From: a bacterium
GTDB taxonomy: Bacteria > Bacteroidota > Bacteroidia > Chitinophagales > JADIYW01
NCBI GenBank assembly: GCA_037189845.1
Contig: JBBCIS010000007.1
Location: 34,425 to 98,424, forward strand
Direction of reading: 5' to 3'
Length of the DNA stretch: 64,000 nucleotides
The notes beneath the pieces are model-generated. The model was not told where the DNA came from. It ran no database searches and saw nothing but the letters and a program-made list of their open reading frames with translations. Every line of letters begins with the position of its first letter. Position 1 is the first letter of the stretch. Made by a program: the position numbers and the translations under genes. Positions 30,036 through 38,948 of the stretch are shown one piece after another.

Positions 30036-30074
30036 GTAAAGAGGTTACTTAATCTGTAACCTCTTTACTTATTT
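30036..30074. terminator. 13-bp perfect stem hairpin
   Basis: GTAAAGAGGTTAC-7 nt loop-GTAACCTCTTTAC, then TTATTT. Confidence 0.7.
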
Positions 30075-30168
30075 ATAATAAATACCTTTTCATTCCGGAC
30101 ACTCTTCTTCCAGATCTCATGCAAGGGGAAAATGGTCATCAACAACCGATGTATACTCTTTCTAATAG

Positions 30169-30357
30169 TTATACTGAAATATTCCGGAAATAATTTAAGA
30201 TCAGGCTCTTACCGTCTTTAGAGGTCGTCACACTTTTACCATTCATAAGAAGTATCAGATCTCCGTCTTTTTTGTTGATCTCTTTTACATAAGCAATGTT
30301 AACGATATTAGAGCTTCGGATCAGCATGAATGACAAGCATCTCAAAAATATACTCAA
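30169..30357 (-). pseudogene. LytTR DNA-binding domain remnant
   Basis: RSSNIVNIAYVKEI..DG..ILLMNGKSVTTS resembles a LytTR C-terminus. In-frame stops lie upstream and there is no REC domain. Confidence 0.6.
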
Positions 30358-30507
30358 AATGCTTCACTTAATGACACTATACCCACAATAGCACGGAACC
30401 ATAAAACATTTTCCCCTTCAGGAAAATTTGTCGCAAACTAAATGTGAATGCCGTGCTGAAGATTCTGTGAAGAAAACCCAATACATTGGATTTTCGTTGA
30501 CTCAATA

Positions 30508-31188
30508 TCAGCTCTCCTTTCTTAAAAATCCCTGCATTCCGGCTACCACTCCTTCCAAATCCAGTGCAAGCGGAAAATGTCCGCCTTTGACTTCCACAAA
30601 TTCCTGATCCGGCACTCTGACTACTTTATCGTCTTTAGCATGGATCCTTAACGGATTCGGCAAAACCGAAACAGGCTTTTCATCGTAGGTCAGTATCATC
30701 GAAAGCTTAAACAATTCCTCATTGGTAAAATCCTTAAAATGTACTTTCATGACCTCCATCAGCGGTTTTTCTATGGGCTTGCCCTTTACTTTGGACAACA
30801 TGTAATTTTGAGAGAGGGGACTTTTTATAAAACCTGTGATGGATAAAAGCGGAGTCGTCAGCCAGGAATGCGGCAAGGGTGGTATTACCTTTTTACAATC
30901 GCTGAACCCTGATATCATGCAGATTTCATTGCCCTGGATTTCACGGATCAGAAACGCAAAGTATCCCCCGGTGGAATGCCCTATCAGCTTATCTTCGGGA
31001 AGTATTCTGTAATGTTTGATTATCTTTCTCACCACTTCCATACCACTGTAGTTGAACAGTGAAACCTGGGAAAGCACATTCGGATAATCTACCCGCTTTA
31101 CTTCGTAATCTTCCAGATATGGAAGTAAAGGATCATACACTGAATTATTTTCTCCAAAACCCGGAAGCAAAAAAATACGCTGAGCCAT
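30508..31188 (-). CDS. Alpha/beta hydrolase
   Basis: LLPGFG oxyanion loop, IGHSTGG nucleophile elbow, DDKVV, GGHF. Confidence 0.8.
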   Translation of the reverse strand: MAQRIFLLPGFGENNSVYDPLLPYLEDYEVKRVDYPNVLSQVSLFNYSGMEVVRKIIKHYRILPEDKLIGHSTGGYFAFLIREIQGNEICMISGFSDCKKVIPPLPHSWLTTPLLSITGFIKSPLSQNYMLSKVKGKPIEKPLMEVMKVHFKDFTNEELFKLSMILTYDEKPVSVLPNPLRIHAKDDKVVRVPDQEFVEVKGGHFPLALDLEGVVAGMQGFLRKES

Positions 31189-31191
31189 CTC

Positions 31192-32013
31192 TTATTTGAC
31201 CAATTTATTCATACCCAATTCTAACAGCTTCGTATATCCTTGCGGAAGCGCTCTGGTCATAAAATCAAACAGATATGCTTCTTCTCCGATAAGAATTTTA
31301 TAGTTGTTCTTTCTGACTGCATTCAAGATGACATTAGCAGCTTTTTCAGGAGAATGCACCAGCATTTTCTTGAAGTTTTCTACCTCTTTTCTCTTTTGAG
31401 AATCACCTTCTGCTTCTTTCAGTGCATCTTCCGCTATATTGGTATTGATACCTCCGGGGTGTACACAATAAACCTCCACATTCGTATTGGACAATTCACC
31501 TCTTAACGCTTCAGTGAAACCTCTCACAGCGAATTTAGTAGTACAATAAGGTGTTTGCTCCGGGATTCCTGCCAGCCCAAAAACACTGGAAATATTGATT
31601 ACGGCTGCTTCCGGCCTTTGTAACAGATATGGCAAAAACTCTTTAGTGCCGTAAATGACTCCCCAGAGATTCACCCCCATAATGCGCTCCCACTCCTGAT
31701 AGGTCAGGTCCAGCAAACTTTTTTTCCCCAAAGCAATTCCGGCATTGTTGAATACCAGATCTACCTGACTATATTCTGCTATCACATCTTTTACAAAGGC
31801 TTGTACCTGCTCCAATGATGCGGCATTGCTCACTTTCGTCAGCACCTGCGCCCCTGCTGCACGGCATGTTGCCGCTGTTTCATTCAATCCGGTCTCATTG
31901 ACATCGGTCAATGCAAGATTTGCTCCGCCTTTTGACAACTGAACAGCCAAAGCTCTTCCGATACCTGAACCTGCACCCGTAATGACTGCTACTTTATTTT
32001 GAAAATTTTTCAT
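31192..32013 (-). CDS. Short-chain dehydrogenase/reductase
   Basis: TGAGSGIG, NNAG, YCTTK. Confidence 0.92.
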   Translation of the reverse strand: MKNFQNKVAVITGAGSGIGRALAVQLSKGGANLALTDVNETGLNETAATCRAAGAQVLTKVSNAASLEQVQAFVKDVIAEYSQVDLVFNNAGIALGKKSLLDLTYQEWERIMGVNLWGVIYGTKEFLPYLLQRPEAAVINISSVFGLAGIPEQTPYCTTKFAVRGFTEALRGELSNTNVEVYCVHPGGINTNIAEDALKEAEGDSQKRKEVENFKKMLVHSPEKAANVILNAVRKNNYKILIGEEAYLFDFMTRALPQGYTKLLELGMNKLVK

Positions 32014-32690
32014 GCCTGATGATTTAATATACATTTGATGGATTCAATAATAGATTTTTGCCAGATCTGCCTGTCAATATGAAAAATGGAAGATTGTTCG
32101 GCGATAATTTCCTGGAAATAGGATTCTGCCACACTCAGCTTTTCGTAACCAAGTATCATAGACCAGATGGTAGCAAAAATAATTCTGGCATCAGTCTGAT
32201 TTTTAATACTTCCTTCCTGCTGACCTTTTTCCAGAACCTCCACAAGATAGCCGGTCGTATTGAACTGAATGGCTAATACTTTTTGATAATATTCACTTTC
32301 TTTCATTCCGGAAGTAACTCCCGTCTCAAATCCTGTCTGTCTGGAAGGATGAGACATACTGATATAATCTGTGATTGGATTTTGTATTTCCGGCTGTTCT
32401 TCTATCATTCTGAAATAGAAATTGAGAAAAATCTGTATCTGGTCAAACGCCTTCTGATCCTTAATTGCGTTCAGCAACAGCATGGTGTTTTCATGTACGC
32501 ATTGTATCGAATGGTGTACCAGCGCCATGTACAGATCCTCCTTGTTTTTGAAATAGAAATACAGGACACCTTTGCTTACTCCGGCTTCTTTGGCCACATG
32601 ATCCATTTTGGTCCCATGAAAGCCTTGTACATAAAAGACTTTTGCTGCTGTCTGAAGTAAAAAATCTATTTTCCTGTGTCTTTCTTTCAT
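32010..32690 (-). CDS. TetR/AcrR-family regulator
   Basis: GFHGTKMDHVAKEAGVSKGVLYFYFKNKEDL. ATGA overlap with the SDR gene. Confidence 0.92.
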   Translation of the reverse strand: MKERHRKIDFLLQTAAKVFYVQGFHGTKMDHVAKEAGVSKGVLYFYFKNKEDLYMALVHHSIQCVHENTMLLLNAIKDQKAFDQIQIFLNFYFRMIEEQPEIQNPITDYISMSHPSRQTGFETGVTSGMKESEYYQKVLAIQFNTTGYLVEVLEKGQQEGSIKNQTDARIIFATIWSMILGYEKLSVAESYFQEIIAEQSSIFHIDRQIWQKSIIESIKCILNHQA

Positions 32691-32695
32691 TTTTT

Positions 32696-32843
32696 GGGTT
32701 CAAAGTTTAAGGTTCAAGGTTTAAAGTTGTGCTAATGCAAGGCTTTTTTGCTGATTTTCAACCTTTCCAAAGTTCTAATCTTTGAAAAAACTATATTCAG
32801 GCGTAAGCCAACTTTGAACATCAAACTTTAGACCTTAAACTTA
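32696..32843. repeat. Inverted pair of degenerate 7-mer tandem arrays enclosing a smaller palindrome
   Basis: GGGTTCA AAGTTTA AGGTTCA AGGTTTA AAGTTGT ... CAACTTT GAACATC AAACTTT AGACCTT AAACTTA. Confidence 0.65.
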
Positions 32844-32957
32844 ACTATATTGAAAATAGAAATAATTGACCCAAAAGTCAAATTTTAGAGAAAAAATTTA
32901 AATTGCAAAAAATCTGTTGGTTAGCATAATTGATGATAAAAAACACTAAACCAACGA

Positions 32958-33127
32958 CACTTACATTTAACTTTTTTGGGAAATGTTCGACAAAAGAGAT
33001 AGCCACGAATTCACTAATAAATGGATAAAATTTTCTGTTTTATTCTTGAACAGTCTTTTGATGATAAATTATGAAAGTAAAAGACTCTTTGTCTTACTGA
33101 AAAAGTCAATTCGTGTATTAGTGGCAA
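32958..33127 (-). repeat. Dispersed ~165-bp repeat, copy 2 (inverted relative to 13557-13720)
   Basis: Same blocks as copy 1. The ends carry GCCACGAATTCACTAAT / ATTCGTGTATTAGTGGC imperfect inverted repeats. Confidence 0.85.
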
Positions 33128-33196
33128 ACAATAAGCTTTTAAATGCGAACTCCATGTACTAGACTTTAAACTATTCAAGCTTTAAACCTTAAATCA

Positions 33197-33955
33197 CTAT
33201 CCTCTGGTAAAAACCCAGGTATTTCCTTTACTCATCGCTTCATTGAAACTATATCCGTCGGTATCAAATCCTTTGATGTCAGCAATTTTTTTAATCCTGT
33301 TATCAACGATATATCTTGCCATCAGACCTCTTGCCTTTTTAGCAAAAAAGCTGATGATCTTATATTGACCATTTTTATAATCATAGAATACCGGGGTAAG
33401 CAGTTTTGCTTTCAGCTCCTTAGTCGGGATAACTTTGAAATACTCTTCTGAAGCAAGATTGATGAGATAGTCCTTTTCTGTCAATTCCTGATTCAATTGA
33501 TCTACGACTGTGCTTCCCCAATACTGGTAAAGATTTCTCTTGTCCTCTACCGGAAGTGTAGTTCCCATCTCAAGACGATAAGGATGTATTTTATCCAGAG
33601 GTTGTAAAACACCATACAATCCTGATAAGATTCTGATATGCTTCTGCGCAAAATCCACTTCCTTTTTCTCCATTGTATAAGCATCCAGTCCTGTGTATAC
33701 ATCGCCATCAAAAGCATACATTGCAGGACGTGTACGTTTGCTGTGATCAGCTTTCCATTGGCTGTATCTTTCGACATTCAGCTGTGACAAAGCAGGAGAA
33801 ATATCCATCAGATTTGAAATGCCTTTTACATCATAAGTTTTAAGCACATCAATCAACTTCTCCGCCTGCGGGATATATCTCGGAGTCGTATAGGTGCGTT
33901 TTGGGTAAGCTGATGTCCAGTCTAAGGACTTGGCAGGAGATAGAACAATGCGCAT
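33197..33955 (-). CDS. yaaA: Peroxide stress protein YaaA (UPF0246)
   Basis: LSPAKSLD, ILSGLYGVL.PLD...YRLEMG, NLASEEY, KKARG. Confidence 0.95.
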   Translation of the reverse strand: MRIVLSPAKSLDWTSAYPKRTYTTPRYIPQAEKLIDVLKTYDVKGISNLMDISPALSQLNVERYSQWKADHSKRTRPAMYAFDGDVYTGLDAYTMEKKEVDFAQKHIRILSGLYGVLQPLDKIHPYRLEMGTTLPVEDKRNLYQYWGSTVVDQLNQELTEKDYLINLASEEYFKVIPTKELKAKLLTPVFYDYKNGQYKIISFFAKKARGLMARYIVDNRIKKIADIKGFDTDGYSFNEAMSKGNTWVFTRG

Positions 33956-34039
33956 ATTCATAATAAGATACAAAAATAAGACTCTGAGGGATTTTATAAT
34001 GTTTAAACTATACTGTAATTTAATGCCACTATTGCCTTC

Positions 34040-34603
34040 ATGAGTACGAACAGGATACATATACACATGCAAAAGCGTCAGCTGACGATACTTGTTCCTG
34101 TCAAAAAAAATAAGCGTTTGATGACCTGGGTATTTTTATCTGCCATTCCGTGGGTACTGGTTTTATGGGGAATTGTAGAAAAATTATACCAGCCCGACGC
34201 AGGTTTCTGGTGGAAACTTTTATCTCTTTTAATCATCCTGTCGTGGTCAGCAGTGGGTGTGGCAGGATATACTGTTCTGAGCTTTATGTTTTTCGGCAGG
34301 GAGAAAATATTAATCACCCAAAGTCAGATGCTGATAGAAAAACCTTTAGTATTCTACAATCGGAGAAATTATTATCTGGCAAAAGATATCTCCAATCTCC
34401 GGGTGGGCAGAGAGGAATATAAAGCTCGCGAAAACAACGAATGGATTACCAGAGAGCGAAGCATTTTACTGATGGATTATCCAGAAAAACACGTTGCTTT
34501 TGCAAGAGGCACTTCTGCTGAAGAAGCTGAATGGATTCTTCTAAAAATAGCTCAAAGCGGTCTTTTGCCTTCGAAAGCATTTGCGCCTATGCATCAGGTA
34601 TAG
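34040..34603 (+). CDS. Hypothetical membrane protein (2 TM + PH-like domain)
   Basis: Two hydrophobic helices, then FGREKI...EAEWIL. Confidence 0.65.
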   Translation: MSTNRIHIHMQKRQLTILVPVKKNKRLMTWVFLSAIPWVLVLWGIVEKLYQPDAGFWWKLLSLLIILSWSAVGVAGYTVLSFMFFGREKILITQSQMLIEKPLVFYNRRNYYLAKDISNLRVGREEYKARENNEWITRERSILLMDYPEKHVAFARGTSAEEAEWILLKIAQSGLLPSKAFAPMHQV

Positions 34604-34642
34604 GATTTAGTTCATGGTTCACAGTCCACGGTTTGCCGTGTG

Positions 34643-34671
34643 CATGTTGGCGCGAGCGTCCTCGCTCGTGC
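34643..34671 (+). repeat. REP 1 upstream of RAYT
   Basis: CATGTTG-GCGCGAGCG-TCCT-CGCTCGTGC hairpin. Confidence 0.85.
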
Positions 34672-34697
34672 ATAGAAAAGTTATTTATCTTTATCAA

Positions 34698-35246
34698 ATG
34701 AGTAGAAAGTACAAGTTTCATGAAAAGGACGGAGCTTACTTTATCAGTTTTGCAGTAGTAGAATGGATAGATGTTTTTACCAGAATGGAATACTTTTCGA
34801 TTCTGATTGACTCATTAGATTTTTGCAGAAAAAATAAAGGGATGTTAATTTTTGCATATTGTATAATGCCCAGTCATGTCCATTTGATCTTTCGTTCCGC
34901 AGATGGTCGTCCATCGGAATTGATACGAGATTTTAAAGGATTTACTTCTAAAAGGTTACTCAAAGCTATTGCGGAAAATAACCAGGAAAGTCGCAGAGAA
35001 TGGATGGTGGAAAAGTTCGCAATAGCTGGAGCAAAAAACTCCAATGTAAAAAACTATCAATTTTGGCAACAGAATAATCATCCTATAGAAATCTGGTCTA
35101 ACCACGTATTTGAACAGAAATTAAAGTATATACATGAAAACCCTGTGAAATCAGGCTTTGTAGCAGAGGCTTATGAATGGAAGTACAGCAGCGCAAGAAA
35201 TTATATAGATAGTTATGAAAACTTTTTAGAAATAGATGTTATTTGA
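34698..35246 (+). mobile_element. REP-associated tyrosine transposase (RAYT, IS200/Y1 HUH superfamily)
   Basis: YFISFAVVEWIDVF, HUH motif IMPSHVHLI, FWQ, catalytic YIHENPV, WKYSSA. Flanked by inverted REPs. Confidence 0.92.
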
Positions 35247-35256
35247 GAGTTTGAGC

Positions 35257-35284
35257 GCACGAGCGGGACGCTCGCACCAACATG
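35257..35284 (-). repeat. REP 2 downstream of RAYT
   Basis: GCACGAGCGGGACGCTCGCACCAACATG, a reverse-complement variant of REP 1. Confidence 0.85.
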
Positions 35285-35332
35285 TGAATTAGGAGCTAAA
35301 TTAAACCTTTGTGCTTTCTTTCAGACTCCAAC

Positions 35333-35360
35333 GCACGAGCGAGACGCTCGCACCAACATG
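35333..35360 (-). repeat. REP 3 downstream of RAYT
   Basis: GCACGAGCGAGACGCTCGCACCAACATG, 1 mismatch to REP 2. Confidence 0.85.
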
Positions 35361-35411
35361 AGGAGAAACCAAGCCCAAAATTGGTGTACGTGACCTTGAA
35401 CTTCTGCAAAT

Positions 35412-35744
35412 CTACAGCTTCAACATCAGCGTAAAGTAAAACCCACGTCCATCTGATGGAATGGTTCCCAGACCCGGATAGCCTTCTGCCCTGCGGGTAA
35501 AATATTGCGCATTGAACAAATTATTACACGAGGCTTCTGCTGTCAGCATTTTCCATGTATAGCTCAAAGAAATATCTGCCACCTTGTAAGATGGAATAAT
35601 TCCTTCTACTGATGTGGGAGTTAATATAGCATTGGTGGCATCAGAATAATGCTCAGAAGTATAGCTAAACTGGAAAGTAAAAGAAAATGGCTTGTATCTC
35701 AGTGTAGTACTCGAGCGCAACATAATAAACATCCCCATTGACAA
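35412..35744 (-). pseudogene. C-terminal fragment of a TonB-dependent (FecA-like) receptor
   Basis: NNLFNAQYFTRRAEGYPG..IPSDGRGFYFTL terminal beta-strands. No plug, no signal peptide and no room upstream. Confidence 0.75.
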
Positions 35745-35794
35745 TAAGGAAGTCAGCCTGTTTTGGTATTATTGCACTCAATTTCGGCTATGTC

Positions 35795-36277
35795 ATGGAA
35801 GAGAATGTTACACCAGCTTCATTAGGAACCAAGTATTTTTATTACCAGCTATATCGTCCTGATGTCCGGCTGCATATAGAATTGCCGACTCATGATCTGG
35901 GCGTGTATCAGGACGGAATATTTGCTTCTCTCCTGGATGAAGAGGTTTCTAAAGAAAATGCTGCCCTTAAATATGTGGAAGCTCCGAAAATCAAAGCTGT
36001 TATTTTTCTGGATGCACTATATAAAGCCAGTAAGGGAATGGAACCATTTCTATCTATTTCCACAAGACTTTTCAAACTGCTGGTAGATGACCATCAGGTC
36101 AAAGCTACTGAAATAGATCTGGATGCAGAGCTTTTCACTAAAATCAAGACTATCTATCTGGGCATCCTGCAGGAAAGTGCAGCAGATGAGCTGATAGAAA
36201 AGGGATTTGAAATCGTCGTGCAGGAAGCTATACAACTCAGCACTGAATGGATGCTGGAAACCGTATCAGGAAAGTAA
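35795..36277 (+). CDS. Hypothetical protein
   Basis: Clean 160-aa ORF with protein-like composition. Confidence 0.6.
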   Translation: MEENVTPASLGTKYFYYQLYRPDVRLHIELPTHDLGVYQDGIFASLLDEEVSKENAALKYVEAPKIKAVIFLDALYKASKGMEPFLSISTRLFKLLVDDHQVKATEIDLDAELFTKIKTIYLGILQESAADELIEKGFEIVVQEAIQLSTEWMLETVSGK

Positions 36278-37096
36278 TTTCACTTTCCCGTCTATATGCA
36301 GATTAGCAGCCGCTCCTTCAGGATTAATATCTATTTTATTGAGCTTCAGTGCAGACGCTTTACCCGACAATAAAGCAAATTCATCGTTATAACGTTCTAC
36401 CTCTTTCTGTAATAATTCCAGCCCGTCATTCAGCTCGTCCTGAATATCAAACTGTAAAAACTCTTCAAGTGCTGCGACAATCTCTTTGTAATAAAATAAA
36501 TTGACCAGTCTCAATATCCATTTTTCTGAAGTAGCCACATAGCTGATATCCGTTATCCTGATTTGCATATTCGACGGATCATAGATAATATTTGCTCTCG
36601 CAAAAACTTCTGCATCTCCGCTATAATTTAATTTTTTATATCTGGCATCAATGGTTATAGGGACAATCACTTCCAGCTGACTATTCTTCATGCTCAACTT
36701 AAACTCATGGAACAATAACCCAATCTTATCATCCAAAATCCAGTGTTGTTGGTTGGCAAATTGATTATTGAGGTATATGCTCATATTTTGATAATCCATT
36801 CTGACATTGACATCTACAGAGATGTTGTAGCTTAACATCGCACCGGAAGATTTGAAGTCCATAGACAACATGTCAAATGCTCTCTGAATAGGCTTTTGTA
36901 TAAAATTTTCCAGATGCGCATCTATATCCACTTTCATCTGAGCACCATCCAATACATATGGCATTTCTTCATCAAAAACCTGTATAGGCTTAAGGGTCAT
37001 CAGCTGCATGAGCTTCCCATCTCTTAATCTTAGGAGTATCTTCTTCCAGGCAAGACCGATGATTCCTGAGTGTAATATTCTATCTAAAGCTGGCAT
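36266..37096 (-). CDS. Hypothetical beta-rich protein (possibly DUF4403-like)
   Basis: 276-aa ORF with long alternating beta-strands. The family guess is tentative. Confidence 0.55.
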   Translation of the reverse strand: MPALDRILHSGIIGLAWKKILLRLRDGKLMQLMTLKPIQVFDEEMPYVLDGAQMKVDIDAHLENFIQKPIQRAFDMLSMDFKSSGAMLSYNISVDVNVRMDYQNMSIYLNNQFANQQHWILDDKIGLLFHEFKLSMKNSQLEVIVPITIDARYKKLNYSGDAEVFARANIIYDPSNMQIRITDISYVATSEKWILRLVNLFYYKEIVAALEEFLQFDIQDELNDGLELLQKEVERYNDEFALLSGKASALKLNKIDINPEGAAANLHIDGKVKLLS

Positions 37097-37193
37097 AAAT
37101 TATTTATAAAAACATTTTCTACGTGATAAAATGGTACATTTTTTATGGGTAATCCATAACTTACAAAAAGAAAGTTATTTAAAATACGATATT

Positions 37194-37811
37194 ATGAAAA
37201 AATTCGCTCTCGGATTCTTAGCCTGTTTAGTCTTTTTAGGAGTTTTTGCCCAAAATAATGCTGTAAATATCCAATCTATCGATATTGGAACAGAAATCCC
37301 ATTACCGGATTATAAAATGGAAGACGTTTCAAACACTACCATTTCATTGAAAGAGGCAAAAAAAAGTAATGGATTATTGGTTATTTTTTCCTGTAACACA
37401 TGCCCTTTTGTGCTTGGATGGGAAGACAGGTATATTCCGGTAGGTGAATGGACCAAAGAAAATAACGTTGGTTTTGTTCTGGTCAACTCTAATGAAGCTC
37501 AAAGAGACGGCGTGGATGCTCTGGAGAAAATGCGTGAACATGCTGCTTCTAAAAAATACAATACTTTTTACACTGTAGATAAAAATCATGAGCTGGCTGA
37601 TGCGTTCGGAGCAACAAGAACTCCCGAAGTATTTTTATTTGATGGTAACGGAAAGCTGGTTTACAAAGGTGCAATAGATGATAATATGGAAGATGCGGAT
37701 GCAGTTACTAAACCATATCTGGGCTATGCGCTTCAAAATCTTTTGACCAATACTCCCAACGACCCTAACGCCACAAAATCAGTTGGTTGCACGATCAAGA
37801 GAACCAAGTAA
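37194..37811 (+). CDS. Exported thioredoxin-like / redoxin protein
   Basis: Signal peptide, FSCNTCPFV, FGATRTPEVF, YKGAIDD, GCTIK. Confidence 0.88.
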   Translation: MKKFALGFLACLVFLGVFAQNNAVNIQSIDIGTEIPLPDYKMEDVSNTTISLKEAKKSNGLLVIFSCNTCPFVLGWEDRYIPVGEWTKENNVGFVLVNSNEAQRDGVDALEKMREHAASKKYNTFYTVDKNHELADAFGATRTPEVFLFDGNGKLVYKGAIDDNMEDADAVTKPYLGYALQNLLTNTPNDPNATKSVGCTIKRTK

Positions 37812-37830
37812 TAACAATAAGAAATATTTT

Positions 37831-37856
37831 GAGGGGGGCATCAGCTCCCTTTTTTA
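37831..37856 (+). terminator. Intrinsic terminator
   Basis: GAGGGGGGC-ATCA-GCTCCCTTTTTT. Confidence 0.65.
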
Positions 37857-37910
37857 TTATGTTTCTGTGAAGTAGAAAATCTCATTTGCTATTAGCAGTA
37901 CATTTGCTTC

Positions 37911-38840
37911 ATGAATTTATCGACTACCTCCAAAGCCTGGTCCTCACAAAGCGACTTTGGGAAAGGTGTCTTACTGATACTTCTGGGGGCGGCTTGCTTC
38001 AGCACGAAAGCGATTTTTGTAAAATTGTGTCTGTCACACGGAGTCGATGGTATCACAGCATTGATGTTCAGAATGCTGTTTGCCCTGCCGTATTATCTGG
38101 GTGTATTAATTTTTTCTCCGGCAGTAAAATACCAGAATATAAAATCAGCTCCCTGGGGAAAATTACTGGGCATAGGCCTGGTAGGATACTATCTGGCGAG
38201 CTTATTTGATTTTTTAGGTTTACAATATATTCAGGCTAATCTCGAAAGACTGATTGTTTTTGTCTATCCCACCTTAGTATTGATGTTAGGTGCCTGGCTT
38301 TTCAAACGTAAAGTAACCAAAGCTCAGATGATTGCTGTAGGAATTACTTATTCAGGCATCATTATAGCCTGTATGAGTCAGGATTTCGAACTGACAGGTA
38401 AAGGTGTGGGATTAGGGATCTTTTACATTTTCATGAGTGCTCTGACATATGCTTTTTATCTGGTGTATAGTGATGATCTGATCAAACAGATGGGTACAAT
38501 CGCATTCAATTGCTTATCCATGCTGATATCTACTGTCGCGGTATTGACTCATTTCGGGATTCTATATGGATTTAAAATCACCGGTTATGACTGGGAAGTC
38601 TATATGTATGGCGCATTGATGGGTATTATTGCCACCGTTATCCCTACACTGTCTTTGACCAAAGGTATCTCACTGATAGGGTCGTCTAATGCCGCAATAC
38701 TATCCACTTTCGGTCCGGTTGCAACAATTCTGATGTCTTATTTTATTTTGCATGAACCGTTTTCAATGCTGCAGGGCATCGGTACCATTTTCGTACTCGC
38801 AGGTGTTTTGTTTCTGGGATTAAAGGGTAGGAAATTTTAA
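37911..38840 (+). CDS. DMT/EamA family transporter
   Basis: About 10 TM, FSTKAIFVK, GLQYIQANLERLI, GPVATI...LHEP. Confidence 0.88.
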   Translation: MNLSTTSKAWSSQSDFGKGVLLILLGAACFSTKAIFVKLCLSHGVDGITALMFRMLFALPYYLGVLIFSPAVKYQNIKSAPWGKLLGIGLVGYYLASLFDFLGLQYIQANLERLIVFVYPTLVLMLGAWLFKRKVTKAQMIAVGITYSGIIIACMSQDFELTGKGVGLGIFYIFMSALTYAFYLVYSDDLIKQMGTIAFNCLSMLISTVAVLTHFGILYGFKITGYDWEVYMYGALMGIIATVIPTLSLTKGISLIGSSNAAILSTFGPVATILMSYFILHEPFSMLQGIGTIFVLAGVLFLGLKGRKF

Positions 38841-38894
38841 CCTTTAACTTTGGAAAAGTCTGTTTCGTCCGAGTGGAAACTTTCCCAAAGTGAT

Positions 38895-38928
38895 AAAAAA
38901 ACGGGTGACCCACTCGCAGGTCACCCGT
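38895..38928 (-). terminator. Intrinsic terminator for the minus-strand gene array
   Basis: ACGGGTGACC/GGTCACCCGT 10-bp stem, preceded by an A-run on the + strand. Confidence 0.8.
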
Positions 38929-38948
38929 AACCTTAATATGAAAACAAC

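Noticed and set aside
35257-35360. Two 28-bp direct repeats 76 bp apart, superficially a mini-CRISPR
   Set aside because: Only two copies, a third inverted copy lies upstream of the RAYT, and there are no cas genes. These are REPs.
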